Shown: positions 39,246-48,699, counted from the first letter of the stretch. The stretch: DNA of 52,214 nt from a virus (IMGVR_UViG_3300031972_002079:1-52214), one strand, 5' to 3'. Numbers and translations: made by a program. Notes: generated by a model from the letters alone, not told the origin.

Positions 39246-39270
39246 CAGGTGGGGCGATCTAACCTATATT
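39242..39270 (+). promoter_or_regulatory. Sigma70-type promoter
   Basis: TTGACA-17 bp-TATATT. Confidence 0.75.
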
Positions 39271-39330
39271 AGCCAAGTGATCGGGACAGGAGTTCAACTC
39301 CCGAGGTCATACGTTCTTTAAATTCATTAA

Positions 39331-40494
39331 ATGAATCCTACTATCAACATCTCTGTAGAAGTTCTTGCCATGTGGCAAAAAGTTCTTCTTACCTGTAACA
39401 ATCCACTCGGTTTAACCGAAGAAATGTTGCAAGAATCTTTAGAGACTGCACCACCTAAAGACTACACTGATGCTCGTTTCATGGGACGTTATATCATCCC
39501 ACGTCAGTTTGTTCGTTATGATGAAGCACAACAGCCTCGTGATAAGAACAATGACTCTGAGCACGTTAATAACCTAACCAACAACTTTAATACTGTTGGT
39601 TATCGTAAGGAATCTCAACCTCCTATTGCTTGCTTTGATTCACAAAGCACCAGTATCTACTCACTAAAAGCACAATCTGGTTATAATCGTGATGGTGCCT
39701 TGAACAATCTAGGTCAAGAGTGTTACATCTTTGACATTTATGAGTATGAAAATGAGTATGCTGAAGTGGTTGCTCGTAATGTAAGCAATCACCACAGCAA
39801 TCCTCAGATGGATCAAAAGATCCCTGATTATGTAAAAGAGGTTGTCAACGCTAAAGAGCGTGGTCTAATTGAGAATGTTCAAGATTCTATTGATGCCTTT
39901 GTTGAAGTTATTGCTGCTGATCGTACTGTAACGCAACGTAGCAAGATTAAGAAGGCTTCCTATAGTGAGTGTGAAGTTTTCAGTAACTTCCGCACTTATA
40001 ATTCTACTGGGCATGGCAAGAACACCTTGAATGGTTTCATTGCTTCTCAAAATCTTTGTAGACAAGGTATTGAAGGTCGCTCTAAAGAGGAGATTCAGGC
40101 ACAGGGTTATATTGTATATTGCTCTGGTTCTGGTAACAACAAGTCTGTATGGGCTCGTGCTATTAGTAACTCTGTCAAGTATGGTGTACCCGTCTATGTG
40201 ATAGGATACTCTCAGAATCGTGTAGACGATCTTGAAGAGTTTCGTGGTAAGTTCATTGCTGATTGGAATGAACAGAAAGAGACTTGGGTGAAGTTTGCCA
40301 TGAGTATCTTTGATGATTGTGGTGAGTTTGATGAATCTCGTATTCAAGTCAAGTTGGCTGGATTCAAGGCGCAGTATATCAAACCCGATCCTAATGATAA
40401 GGGTCGTCCTACTGAACAGAACATCGTCAATATGTACGGTAATTCTATTCAGTTTAGATCCAATGCTGATTGCCTCACTCTGACTCAACCCTGA
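39331..40494 (+). CDS. Hypothetical protein, possible ParB/Srx-like N-terminal domain
   Basis: 387 aa; QPR...L...F...G...PPI...SGYNR. Confidence 0.6.
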   Translation: MNPTINISVEVLAMWQKVLLTCNNPLGLTEEMLQESLETAPPKDYTDARFMGRYIIPRQFVRYDEAQQPRDKNNDSEHVNNLTNNFNTVGYRKESQPPIACFDSQSTSIYSLKAQSGYNRDGALNNLGQECYIFDIYEYENEYAEVVARNVSNHHSNPQMDQKIPDYVKEVVNAKERGLIENVQDSIDAFVEVIAADRTVTQRSKIKKASYSECEVFSNFRTYNSTGHGKNTLNGFIASQNLCRQGIEGRSKEEIQAQGYIVYCSGSGNNKSVWARAISNSVKYGVPVYVIGYSQNRVDDLEEFRGKFIADWNEQKETWVKFAMSIFDDCGEFDESRIQVKLAGFKAQYIKPDPNDKGRPTEQNIVNMYGNSIQFRSNADCLTLTQP

Positions 40495-40521
40495 GTCCAT
40501 GTGACAATCTGCAAACTGGTT

Positions 40522-40547
40522 GGGGGCCCTTCACAGGGGCCCCTTTT
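40522..40547 (+). terminator. Terminator-like hairpin overlapping promoter
   Basis: GGGGGCCCTTCACAGGGGCCCCTTTT; TGCTATAAT at 40549-40557. Confidence 0.7.
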
Positions 40548-40579
40548 CTGCTATAATATCTATATCAACGCAAGAGAGC

Positions 40580-41758
40580 ATGACCACCACCCTTCGCCCA
40601 CACCAGCACAAAGCACTGAATGCGATGCTGGCATATGACAAGGGTCAGGTTATCATCCCCACGGGTGGTGGTAAAACAATGTGCATGATTCACGATATTG
40701 TTGAGAATCAGAAGTATATTGATAATGGTTCTACTATTGTTGTTGTTGCTCCTCGTATTCTTTTGGCAGAGCAACTCTGCAAAGAGTTTCTTGAGGTAAT
40801 TGATACTACTCACACTCATGTGATGCATGTTCATAGTGGTGATATTGAGTATTTCAGTAGCACCAAACCAGAAAAGATTGCACTGTTCAACAACACTGCA
40901 AGAGCTGCTGGTGAGAATGTTATCATCTTCACTACATATCATTCATTACATCGTCTTGTAGAGGCAGACATTGAAGTCAATACGATTTACTTTGATGAAG
41001 CACATAACTCGGTTCAGCGTAACTTTTTCCCTGCTACGGAGCACTTTTCTGCTGATGCTGATCGCTGCTACTTCTTCACTGCTACTCCTAAGCATTCTCT
41101 TACTGTTTTCAAACCAGGAATGAACGATCCTGAAGTTTATGGTCAGGTAATTTGTAATGTTCCTGCACCAAAACTGGTTGAGGAAGGTTACATTCTTCCT
41201 CCTAAGGTTGTTGTTCATCAATTGCCTCAGGGTGATTTCAAACTATCTGACGACAAGAATCTGTTAGATACGATTGATGCAAACTCACTCAACAAAATTC
41301 TGATTGCAGCACGTTCTACCAAACAGATTCTTCGTCTCATCGGTCAATCTGATTTCACGATGCAACTTCAGCAACGTGGCTATAACTGGATGTATATCAC
41401 TAGCAAGACTGGTGCTATCATCAACGGCAAGAAAGTATCCCGTGAGGTATTCTTCAAGACTCTTAATCAGTGGGGAATGGATGACACTCGTTTTATCGTA
41501 ATGCATCACTCTATCCTGTCTGAGGGTATCAATGTCAAGGGACTTGAAGCAGTTCTATTCATGCGTAATATGGACTTTATCGGCATCAGTCAGTCAATCG
41601 GGCGTGTAATACGTCTAGGAGGCGCTGAGAAGACTTTTGGTCTAGTATGTGTGCCAGTGTTTGATAAGGTGGGCCTTAGCACTGCAAGGAGCGTTGAGGC
41701 GGTTGTAAATACAGTATTCAATGAAGGGCAACCCGCTGTTTCTGTGGTGCGCCGCTAA
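40580..41758 (+). CDS. Superfamily 2 (DEAH/Res-III-like) helicase
   Basis: LRPHQ, PTGGGKT, DEAH, TATP, LSEGINV, QSIGRVIR. Confidence 0.93.
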   Translation: MTTTLRPHQHKALNAMLAYDKGQVIIPTGGGKTMCMIHDIVENQKYIDNGSTIVVVAPRILLAEQLCKEFLEVIDTTHTHVMHVHSGDIEYFSSTKPEKIALFNNTARAAGENVIIFTTYHSLHRLVEADIEVNTIYFDEAHNSVQRNFFPATEHFSADADRCYFFTATPKHSLTVFKPGMNDPEVYGQVICNVPAPKLVEEGYILPPKVVVHQLPQGDFKLSDDKNLLDTIDANSLNKILIAARSTKQILRLIGQSDFTMQLQQRGYNWMYITSKTGAIINGKKVSREVFFKTLNQWGMDDTRFIVMHHSILSEGINVKGLEAVLFMRNMDFIGISQSIGRVIRLGGAEKTFGLVCVPVFDKVGLSTARSVEAVVNTVFNEGQPAVSVVRR

Positions 41759-42141
41759 TGCTATCAGATAATATTTACGATCTGGTGATTGAGACCGCTA
41801 AATCTTCATCGTCTAAAAAGCAAGTAGGAGCCATTCTTCTCAACAAAAATAGGGTGCTTTGTACTGCAACTAACCTTGAATCAAAAACACATCCAATACA
41901 AGCCAAGTTTGCCGAACGTGTTGGATTGCATCAGAAAATTTATCTTCATGCTGAGATCGCCGCTTTAATTAAATGTAAAGAGGATGCAGATACAATAGTT
42001 GTGGCAAGGTTGGGTGGTCATAATCATGATGAACTTCGTATGGCAAAACCCTGTCCTATATGTGCATTAGCACTCAAAGAAGCTGGTGTGGGCAACATAC
42101 ATTACACAACTAACAATGGATTCTTTTACGAATATAAATAA
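41758..42141 (+). CDS. Zn-dependent cytidine/dCMP deaminase-family protein
   Basis: VGAIL, HAE, PCPIC. Confidence 0.88.
   Translation: MLSDNIYDLVIETAKSSSSKKQVGAILLNKNRVLCTATNLESKTHPIQAKFAERVGLHQKIYLHAEIAALIKCKEDADTIVVARLGGHNHDELRMAKPCPICALALKEAGVGNIHYTTNNGFFYEYK
42133..42140 (+). promoter_or_regulatory. T4-type late promoter
   Basis: TATAAATA 25 bp upstream of ATG 42165. Confidence 0.7.
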
Positions 42142-42164
42142 TTTCTGAAATAAGATTTCACCAT

Positions 42165-42299
42165 ATGAAATTCATTAAGTATGTGCCAGTTTTAGTTTTC
42201 TTTGGACTTTTGGGTGCTGGTATTCAACATGGACAAATGCACCTATATAACTCATCAATGCCGCATGTCCATGCAAATGGAGTAGTGCATATTCATTAA
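42165..42299 (+). CDS. Small His-rich peptide (44 aa, not in ORF track)
   Basis: MKFIKYVPVLVFFGLLGAGIQHGQMHLYNSSMPHVHANGVVHIH. Confidence 0.65.
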   Translation: MKFIKYVPVLVFFGLLGAGIQHGQMHLYNSSMPHVHANGVVHIH

Positions 42300-42309
42300 T
42301 TTTGATTTT

Positions 42310-42912
42310 ATGATACAACATGCTGATGCTCCTAATTATAAGTTTTCTGACTTTATCACTGAGTTTCCGAATGCATTAGACGAAGAATTTTGTAATCATT
42401 GCATTGAAAAATTCAAGACTGATGATAGAAAATATCCTGGAATAGTTGGATCTGGATTAAATGAAAATCTGAAAGTGTCAATGGATCTGGTGATATCCGA
42501 TAATCCAGATTGGGAAGAAGAAGATAATAAATTTTGTGCCAGTGTATCACACTATTTTAAAAAGTATTGTGATATTCATAAATTCATGAGTATGCCCCAA
42601 TATTGCCAAGATTGGGGAGATCAAGGATATCAAATTCAAGAAACAAAACCAGGAGGATTCTATAGTTGGCACCATGATTTTGCGCTTTCTTCTAACGATG
42701 GTAATGGCCATCCAAGATATCTTACATTTATCTGGTATTTGAATGATATCCATGAGGATGGATACACTGAATTTGTTGATGGAACAAAAATACAACCAGA
42801 GACTGGAAAAATGCTGGTATTTCCAGCTATATGGACATATACACATCGCGGATATCCACCAAAGTCAGAGACGAAATATATTTGCACAGGTTGGATTCAT
42901 GGAGTTGAATGA
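42310..42912 (+). CDS. 2OG-Fe(II) oxygenase
   Basis: YSWHHD, WYLND, FPA.WTY.HRG, KYICTGW. Confidence 0.92.
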   Translation: MIQHADAPNYKFSDFITEFPNALDEEFCNHCIEKFKTDDRKYPGIVGSGLNENLKVSMDLVISDNPDWEEEDNKFCASVSHYFKKYCDIHKFMSMPQYCQDWGDQGYQIQETKPGGFYSWHHDFALSSNDGNGHPRYLTFIWYLNDIHEDGYTEFVDGTKIQPETGKMLVFPAIWTYTHRGYPPKSETKYICTGWIHGVE

Positions 42913-44129
42913 TGAATAAATTATTACTTGAAAATAACTACTTGCTGATTCCTAATTTTATTGATATTGAATCTGCAAAAGAGTTGTCAGATCAACTCAA
43001 AAATGATCATGAAAAAAACAAGTATGAAGGTGATAGTCAGGCACCAAACTCAGCCTGCGTATATAATCATGAAGGATCACTTAAACTATTACATGAAAAA
43101 GTTAACGATCTTTCTGTAACTGTTGAGACTCAACTTCTACCAACCTATGCATATAGTAGGATCTATTCAAATGCAGAAGAGTTAAAGAAGCATACAGATA
43201 GACCAGCATGTGAGTTAACAGTCTCTGTCAATTTGGATGCAGATGCTGATTGGCCAATCTACATTTGTGATCATAACAATGAACCACAAGAAGTAATAAT
43301 GCAACCAGGCGATGGTGTTGTATTTCTTGGATGTTATTCACCACACTGGAGAGATAAATTTGAGGGTACTTTTTGCTCTCAAGTATTTTTACATTATGTG
43401 AGAGCAGACGGTGCAGCTGCATCTTGTGCTGGAGATACTAACAAGGGTCAAATTGATGAATCATTGATGAGATGTATAGTATCTGAGGAATATGTTAAGA
43501 TGGGCTGGAGACCACCACCACACGTTAAGACAGAAATGGAAAACATTTATACGGGCGAAAAACAATATGCTGATGATTTGATGCATGGTATTGTTTACTA
43601 TAAAAATATCTTTTCACCAGAAGACTGTAAAGAACTGATGAACTATTTCGATGATAATAGTTCGTTATGGAAACCAGCACTAACCACTGGTGATATCTTA
43701 GACAAGAATGAATCATCAGAATCCAGAAAGTGTGATCTAATTGAGATTTCAACTGAAGCAGGGCCTAAAGAAAAGGAATTGGATGATAAACTATTCAAAC
43801 TGTTCAATGCTCAACTAAATGATTATACATCCAGATTCAAGCACTTGACCATTGAAACTGATGCTGGATATACAATGTTAAGGTATCGTGCTGGTGGTGA
43901 ATATATTGAGCATGTTGATCATGGAACACAGACTAATAGAGCTTTAACAGCAATTCTTGGATTAAATGATGCTTATGAAGGAGGGGAATTACATTTTTGG
44001 GGTGGGAGACATAAAATGACAATTGAACCCGGCTCAATGGTAATATTCCCAGCTACATTTCTTTATCCACATAGAGTTTGTCCAGTTGAATCTGGCACTC
44101 GATATTCTATCGTAACTTGGTTTGTATAA
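42909..44129 (+). CDS. Two-domain 2OG-Fe(II) oxygenase
   Basis: Domain 1 KHTDRPACE...HWR...QVFLHYV; domain 2 EHVD...LND.YEGG...HRV...RYSIVTW. Confidence 0.9.
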   Translation: MMNKLLLENNYLLIPNFIDIESAKELSDQLKNDHEKNKYEGDSQAPNSACVYNHEGSLKLLHEKVNDLSVTVETQLLPTYAYSRIYSNAEELKKHTDRPACELTVSVNLDADADWPIYICDHNNEPQEVIMQPGDGVVFLGCYSPHWRDKFEGTFCSQVFLHYVRADGAAASCAGDTNKGQIDESLMRCIVSEEYVKMGWRPPPHVKTEMENIYTGEKQYADDLMHGIVYYKNIFSPEDCKELMNYFDDNSSLWKPALTTGDILDKNESSESRKCDLIEISTEAGPKEKELDDKLFKLFNAQLNDYTSRFKHLTIETDAGYTMLRYRAGGEYIEHVDHGTQTNRALTAILGLNDAYEGGELHFWGGRHKMTIEPGSMVIFPATFLYPHRVCPVESGTRYSIVTWFV

Positions 44130-44794
44130 TGTCTTATTTTAAGTGTAAAATTCTTACTTCTTCCAGAATCAAAGCAATTTTCAAAGAAATTAAATATGCT
44201 GAATGGCAAGATGGAGTGGAAACATATGACTCCGTAAGGGGAAATTTGCATGGAATAAAGAATAATCTGGAATGTGAAATAGACCCATCTATTGTTCATT
44301 ATGTTCTTGATAAAAATGTGGATTTTTTGAAATATACTTATGCATTCATGAGTTCAGATCCAATTGTAAGTAGGACGCCAAAGGGTGGATATTATAAACC
44401 ACATTTTGATGAACCAAAATGCGGCCATTTTAGTACCACTATATTTTTAAGTGATCCAGATGATTATGATGGTGGGGAACTTGTTCTACTGATAGATGGT
44501 GAGGAGAAAAGTTTTAAACTTAAACCAGGAGAATCCATTACATATGAGACTGGTACTCCTCATCGTGTTAATGAAGTCACTAGAGGTGATAGATATGCAG
44601 TTGTATTTTGGACAACATCAGTCATAACAGACATAGAAGATTTGCGGGCCTGGAGATACTATGATATGATGTCTGAGAAGCACATGGATGATCTTGACCA
44701 TGATGATCTAATCTCTTTCAACAATTCTTTGTATACGCATTTTAGAAACAAATGCAATAAAATCTTCAGAAAATATATTAATGTCACGCCTTAG
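44129..44794 (+). CDS. PKHD-type (PiuC/YbiX-like) 2OG-Fe(II) hydroxylase
   Basis: WQDG, K.NLE, Y.PHFD, T.FLSDP.DYDGGEL, HRV.EVTRG.R. Confidence 0.88.
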   Translation: MSYFKCKILTSSRIKAIFKEIKYAEWQDGVETYDSVRGNLHGIKNNLECEIDPSIVHYVLDKNVDFLKYTYAFMSSDPIVSRTPKGGYYKPHFDEPKCGHFSTTIFLSDPDDYDGGELVLLIDGEEKSFKLKPGESITYETGTPHRVNEVTRGDRYAVVFWTTSVITDIEDLRAWRYYDMMSEKHMDDLDHDDLISFNNSLYTHFRNKCNKIFRKYINVTP

Positions 44795-45143
44795 TAAAGA
44801 AAAGATTGCAGAACTGTTTCCATATGAAACTTTTCCTATTCGTATGGAATGGGTGGAAGGAAAAATAAACAAGATAGCATGGTTTGAATGCCATGGGCAC
44901 ATGCAAAAACAATATGATAGGGTAAAGAAACCACGTCTAAAAGTTGATGTCCGATATAAAGATCCCTCATTAAAACCACAAGAGAAACCCAAACGCAAGG
45001 TATCGTCTCCAAAAGTAACAAAAACCAAAAAACCCATAGCGAAAAAAGCAGAAGCGATCAAGACTCCCTCTATTGCAAAGAAAACGACAACAAAGGCTAA
45101 AGCACCTGTCAAGAGGGCCCGCCGCAAGAAAACCAATTCGTGA
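44781..45143 (+). CDS. Basic protein with Lys-rich tail
   Basis: FPYETFPIR...WFEC..H then histone-like K/A/T/P tail. Confidence 0.7.
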   Translation: MSRLSKEKIAELFPYETFPIRMEWVEGKINKIAWFECHGHMQKQYDRVKKPRLKVDVRYKDPSLKPQEKPKRKVSSPKVTKTKKPIAKKAEAIKTPSIAKKTTTKAKAPVKRARRKKTNS

Positions 45144-45186
45144 ACTGGTCTGATCGCTTGCCATAGGAACAGATTTGATGTATATT
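45132..45186 (+). promoter_or_regulatory. Early promoter with upstream palindrome
   Basis: ACCAATTCGTGAACTGGT, TTGCCA(45158)-17 bp-TATATT(45181). Confidence 0.75.
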
Positions 45187-45215
45187 GGCTATGTTGAGAG
45201 GGATAACCCCACCAC

Positions 45216-45593
45216 ATGACTGCCACACTAGCACAACACACTGCTCAGATGGACGCTCGGAACACCATTCAACTGAATGTCACTAAGTTTTGCCTGATGC
45301 TCTGTGATGCACTCACACAGACTGCACCAACTGGTAGCAACTATGGGTTCTATCTTGATTCCGTGGGTCGTAAGTATCACAAGATCTTTATGACTATCAA
45401 TGGCAAACGTGATTCAATTCATGCCTTCATTGATAAGAAGACTGGTGAGGTTTACAAACCAGCATCAATCAAAGCACCAGCTAAAGGTGTCCGTTTCAAC
45501 CTCTTGATCATTCAAGAACGTGAGTTTGTGCTGGATAATTGTGAATGGACTGGTGGTTATCTCTACCGTAATGCATACTATCAGGGTGCTTGA
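45216..45593 (+). CDS. Conserved phage early protein
   Basis: GRKYHKI...HAFIDKKTGEVYKPAS.KAPAKGVRF...WTGGYLY. Confidence 0.8.
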   Translation: MTATLAQHTAQMDARNTIQLNVTKFCLMLCDALTQTAPTGSNYGFYLDSVGRKYHKIFMTINGKRDSIHAFIDKKTGEVYKPASIKAPAKGVRFNLLIIQEREFVLDNCEWTGGYLYRNAYYQGA

Positions 45594-45596
45594 ATC

Positions 45597-45749
45597 ATGA
45601 TCGAATTTAATCAACGTCATTGGAAACTTATTTTTGATGCTGTTCGTAAAGATCAACAGCGTCAAGTTGTTGGTAGTAAATTTTACGAAGAGTACAATGA
45701 TATTTTGAATAGCATTTACTTTCTTGCATATCCCAAAACCAACAAATGA
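45597..45749 (+). CDS. Small hypothetical protein (50 aa)
   Basis: MIEFNQRHWKLIFDAVRK...; ATGA overlap downstream. Confidence 0.6.
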   Translation: MIEFNQRHWKLIFDAVRKDQQRQVVGSKFYEEYNDILNSIYFLAYPKTNK

Positions 45750-46273
45750 AAGACTGGAGAGTTTATTGCCGCGCTGCTTTCAATGCACTCCGTGCTAACG
45801 CGGAGCTGTGGAATGATCCTGACTATTTTCGTCCGATCACGCGCATTTACTATGATTTAGTTTTTTGTTCTGGATACAATCACACTGGATTGATCAGTGA
45901 AGCAGCACTGAATGACTCAAAAGAGCGTACAAATGATCATTGTTTGTCGCCACAGTTCATCGCCAGGATGATCATGGACAATCCAGATCTGTACCTGTCC
46001 GATTATACTGTATTTGAGAATCTATTCAACCTAGCAAGAACCACAATATGTGTCACCAAGTCTGAAAACAGACAGTTGAGTATGCTGACAGACAATAATG
46101 GTGTGGAATACAAAGTTTATATCCCCACCAATCTAAAGTACCAGCATCTTGGTATCAAATTGTATGAGAAGGTTGGACAACAATTCAAAAATGCTGTAGA
46201 ATATGATGGCAATGTTGGAGATATTGTTCCTCAGGATTTGCTAAATTATGAAAAACAATTCTTAGTCAAATGA
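45746..46273 (+). CDS. Hypothetical protein, possible HNH-like
   Basis: TNDHCLSP...VTKSEN. Confidence 0.65.
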   Translation: MKDWRVYCRAAFNALRANAELWNDPDYFRPITRIYYDLVFCSGYNHTGLISEAALNDSKERTNDHCLSPQFIARMIMDNPDLYLSDYTVFENLFNLARTTICVTKSENRQLSMLTDNNGVEYKVYIPTNLKYQHLGIKLYEKVGQQFKNAVEYDGNVGDIVPQDLLNYEKQFLVK

Positions 46274-46401
46274 AGTATCTATTTGTTGGTCTTGTAGCCA
46301 CTGTTTTGTGGGAGTTTGGCCATCCATTCATCCCTGGTCTTGTCGTAGACCATGAACATACACATCAATCTGATTTGTATGTGCCTTTTTGTAAGCAATG
46401 A
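46270..46401 (+). CDS. Small membrane peptide with HEHTH (43 aa)
   Basis: MKYLFVGLVATVLWEFGHPFIPGLVVDHEHTHQ...; ATGA overlaps both sides. Confidence 0.55.
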   Translation: MKYLFVGLVATVLWEFGHPFIPGLVVDHEHTHQSDLYVPFCKQ

Positions 46402-46718
46402 TTTCTACTATGAACAGTCCATACAATAGCGGTTTTGAAAATTCCCAATTCATTCGCTCAAACAAGTCTTTTGAAGAGCAACGTAAAGGTCGCCTAGCTG
46501 AATCTATCGATGAGTATCTCAATGAAGGTAGAGCAAATGGTGACGTAGAAAGTATTGATGTATTCTATCAGGATCTTCGTGATTGTATTCAAGATCTGAT
46601 TGATTATCACGGTAAAAGAAAAGATCATGCCGTTGAGGCACTATCGGCAGTTCTAGGTCACAGGCCAATTCCCGAACTGGGCGAGGAACTCCCCATGCCG
46701 CAAGGCAATCGTCTATAA
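46398..46718 (+). CDS. Hypothetical protein
   Basis: 106-aa ORF. Confidence 0.65.
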   Translation: MISTMNSPYNSGFENSQFIRSNKSFEEQRKGRLAESIDEYLNEGRANGDVESIDVFYQDLRDCIQDLIDYHGKRKDHAVEALSAVLGHRPIPELGEELPMPQGNRL

Positions 46719-46743
46719 TAGCCAAGTAAAGGAAACGGACTCA

Positions 46744-47637
46744 ATGCAGAACAAGCACATCGAACACATTGAAGATTCTATTCTGACGGGTGATCTGTCT
46801 GCTATTGACCTTATTTACAATCCTTCACACATTTCTGTGAAGATGGACGGTTCTCCTGCAATTGTATGGGGAACTGATCCTGCAACTGGTACATTCTTTG
46901 TTGGCACTAAAGCTGTGTTCAACAAGAAGAAACTTCGCGTTGCTCACTCTCACGATGAGATTGATCAATTCTATGATGATGAAGTGGCAGAGATTCTTCA
47001 TGTCTGCTTCAAGTATCTTCCACGCACTGATCAAGTCTATCAGGGTGATTTCATTGGTTTTGGTAATGGCACCAAGTTCGGTCAAAATACTATCACCTAT
47101 GTTTTCAATGAGTTTGTAACTCAAAAGATCATCATTGCTCCTCATACTTTCTACTTTGACATGGATGAGCAAAATGATCTTAGAGAGATGACTGCATTCC
47201 CATTGTTGCAACTCTTTGATGATCATCCTAAGATCAAGTGGGTCCAGCCTTGTGTTGATCGTATCAAACCAGAGGGTATTTCGGCACCCAACATCAACAA
47301 AGATGTTGTCAATTTTCTTGATGAGAAGACTGCAAAGGTCTGCAAACAGATCATCAATGCATTCATCAGGGAAGGCAAAGAGATCAACGATGCATTACTT
47401 ACTGAGATCTTCGGTTGTAAGTATCTTGCCAATCTGTATATGATGGTGATTGAAATGAAGGAAGATCTGATGGATTCTCTGATCATCAGTGATGCTCCAA
47501 GATCATACATCAATGGTCTTGAAATCAAGCAGGAAGGTTTCATTATCTCAGATGATTATGGTGACATGATCAAACTTGTAGACCGTGAGATCTTCAGTGC
47601 TGCAAACTTCAATCAACGCAAGCGGTGGGCAAACTAA
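46744..47637 (+). CDS. Conserved protein with ligase/nucleotidyltransferase-like KxDG motif
   Basis: HIEHIED, SVKMDGSPA, QGDF, EGFI, KLVDR. Confidence 0.7.
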   Translation: MQNKHIEHIEDSILTGDLSAIDLIYNPSHISVKMDGSPAIVWGTDPATGTFFVGTKAVFNKKKLRVAHSHDEIDQFYDDEVAEILHVCFKYLPRTDQVYQGDFIGFGNGTKFGQNTITYVFNEFVTQKIIIAPHTFYFDMDEQNDLREMTAFPLLQLFDDHPKIKWVQPCVDRIKPEGISAPNINKDVVNFLDEKTAKVCKQIINAFIREGKEINDALLTEIFGCKYLANLYMMVIEMKEDLMDSLIISDAPRSYINGLEIKQEGFIISDDYGDMIKLVDREIFSAANFNQRKRWAN

Positions 47638-47709
47638 TAAACTAGCCTGGCTGCCATCAGAAGCGCCTATAAGGTGCTATACTAGTTCTATTCAACGAAT
47701 CCCTTTGTT

Positions 47710-47862
47710 ATGATCAACACAAACATTCAAGATACCACTGACCCTAAAGATTGGGAAGACTTTTGGAATAGTGATGAAGAATTAATTCTCCAAGAGTTAA
47801 TGCAACCCAATTACAATTTACAGTATGTGAAAAACATACTTGATAGTGAAAAGAATGATTGA
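47710..47862 (+). CDS. Small acidic protein (50 aa)
   Basis: MINTNIQDTTDPKDWEDFW...; TGCTATACT upstream. Confidence 0.55.
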   Translation: MINTNIQDTTDPKDWEDFWNSDEELILQELMQPNYNLQYVKNILDSEKND

Positions 47863-48145
47863 ACTTCCAATTGATTTCCCACATGAACCACCAACAGGAT
47901 ACCGATATGAAACGGTACAGTTTAAAAGTAATGTTGTTGCAATCTGGACTGTATGTAATCCTGGGTTTAGTTACAATGGTGGTAATGACATTCGTTGTAT
48001 CTGGGGATTCTACAATACAAAGAAGCAACAATACCATTCACCAATCAATTCAAAGAAAGTAGGAAAGATAGTTGATGTTAAAGACACACGGCCATATACA
48101 TCAATGCCAATTCAATATCAAGGATTAGAGGCATTCTTTGTATAA
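47855..48145 (+). CDS. Conserved hypothetical protein
   Basis: DFPH.PP.GY.Y...IWGFY...PINSKKVG...PYTSMP. Confidence 0.75.
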   Translation: MIELPIDFPHEPPTGYRYETVQFKSNVVAIWTVCNPGFSYNGGNDIRCIWGFYNTKKQQYHSPINSKKVGKIVDVKDTRPYTSMPIQYQGLEAFFV

Positions 48146-48293
48146 ACTGTTTTTTCCATATCGGGAACTGTAAGCATGACCAATGAAGCGAAGCAGGCGA
48201 AAATATGGAAAAAATAGGTCTTTGCTCCTGTGGTGGTAAGGGTTCTCAAGGTAGATCCGCAACAAGGTGACAGCATACCACCAATTCAATCAA

Positions 48294-48349
48294 ACCAGTT
48301 GGGGAACTGGCTAAAACCCCTTGTCAAGCGTCTCAAAATCTGCAATACT
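48294..48349 (+). promoter_or_regulatory. Early promoter with upstream palindrome
   Basis: ACCAGTTGGGGAACTGGC, TTGTCA(48321)-17 bp-AATACT. Confidence 0.65.
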
Positions 48350-48373
48350 ATAAGAGTCAAAGAAACGGATTCA

Positions 48374-48637
48374 ATGCGGGACTTCATCTGTGCATACTTC
48401 GGTAAGGGTTCTGACGGTAAAGACTGGACGATCACCGCAAGAGGTTTTGCCAATAGTCAAGAAGCAGAAAAGCATGGTCTGTTTATGATGCCAACACCAG
48501 GGTGTTTTGGTTTTGCCGTGATTGCCGAGAATGATCTTCAAGAGGGTTGGCAGCTGCGTCTTGAGCGTAGTATGCTCTCACCTCAGAATCGGGTGATTCA
48601 AGATAATCTTAACAATTACAAGATCACCTCTTTCTGA
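48374..48637 (+). CDS. Hypothetical early protein
   Basis: MRDFICAYFG...; start follows promoter. Confidence 0.65.
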   Translation: MRDFICAYFGKGSDGKDWTITARGFANSQEAEKHGLFMMPTPGCFGFAVIAENDLQEGWQLRLERSMLSPQNRVIQDNLNNYKITSF

Positions 48638-48693
48638 ACCAGTTGGGGAACTGGTACAAACCTCTTGACCAGGATCCCAATCCGATGTATATT
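48638..48693 (+). promoter_or_regulatory. Early promoter with upstream palindrome
   Basis: ACCAGTTGGGGAACTGGT, TTGACC(48665)-17 bp-TATATT(48688). Confidence 0.8.
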
Positions 48694-48699
48694 GGCCAT

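Noticed and set aside
39865-40500. 211-aa minus-strand ORF
   Set aside because: Almost entirely antisense to the promoter-driven 387-aa gene, with no motifs; shadow ORF
44708-45241. 177-aa minus-strand ORF
   Set aside because: Antisense shadow of the Lys-rich gene and crosses an early promoter
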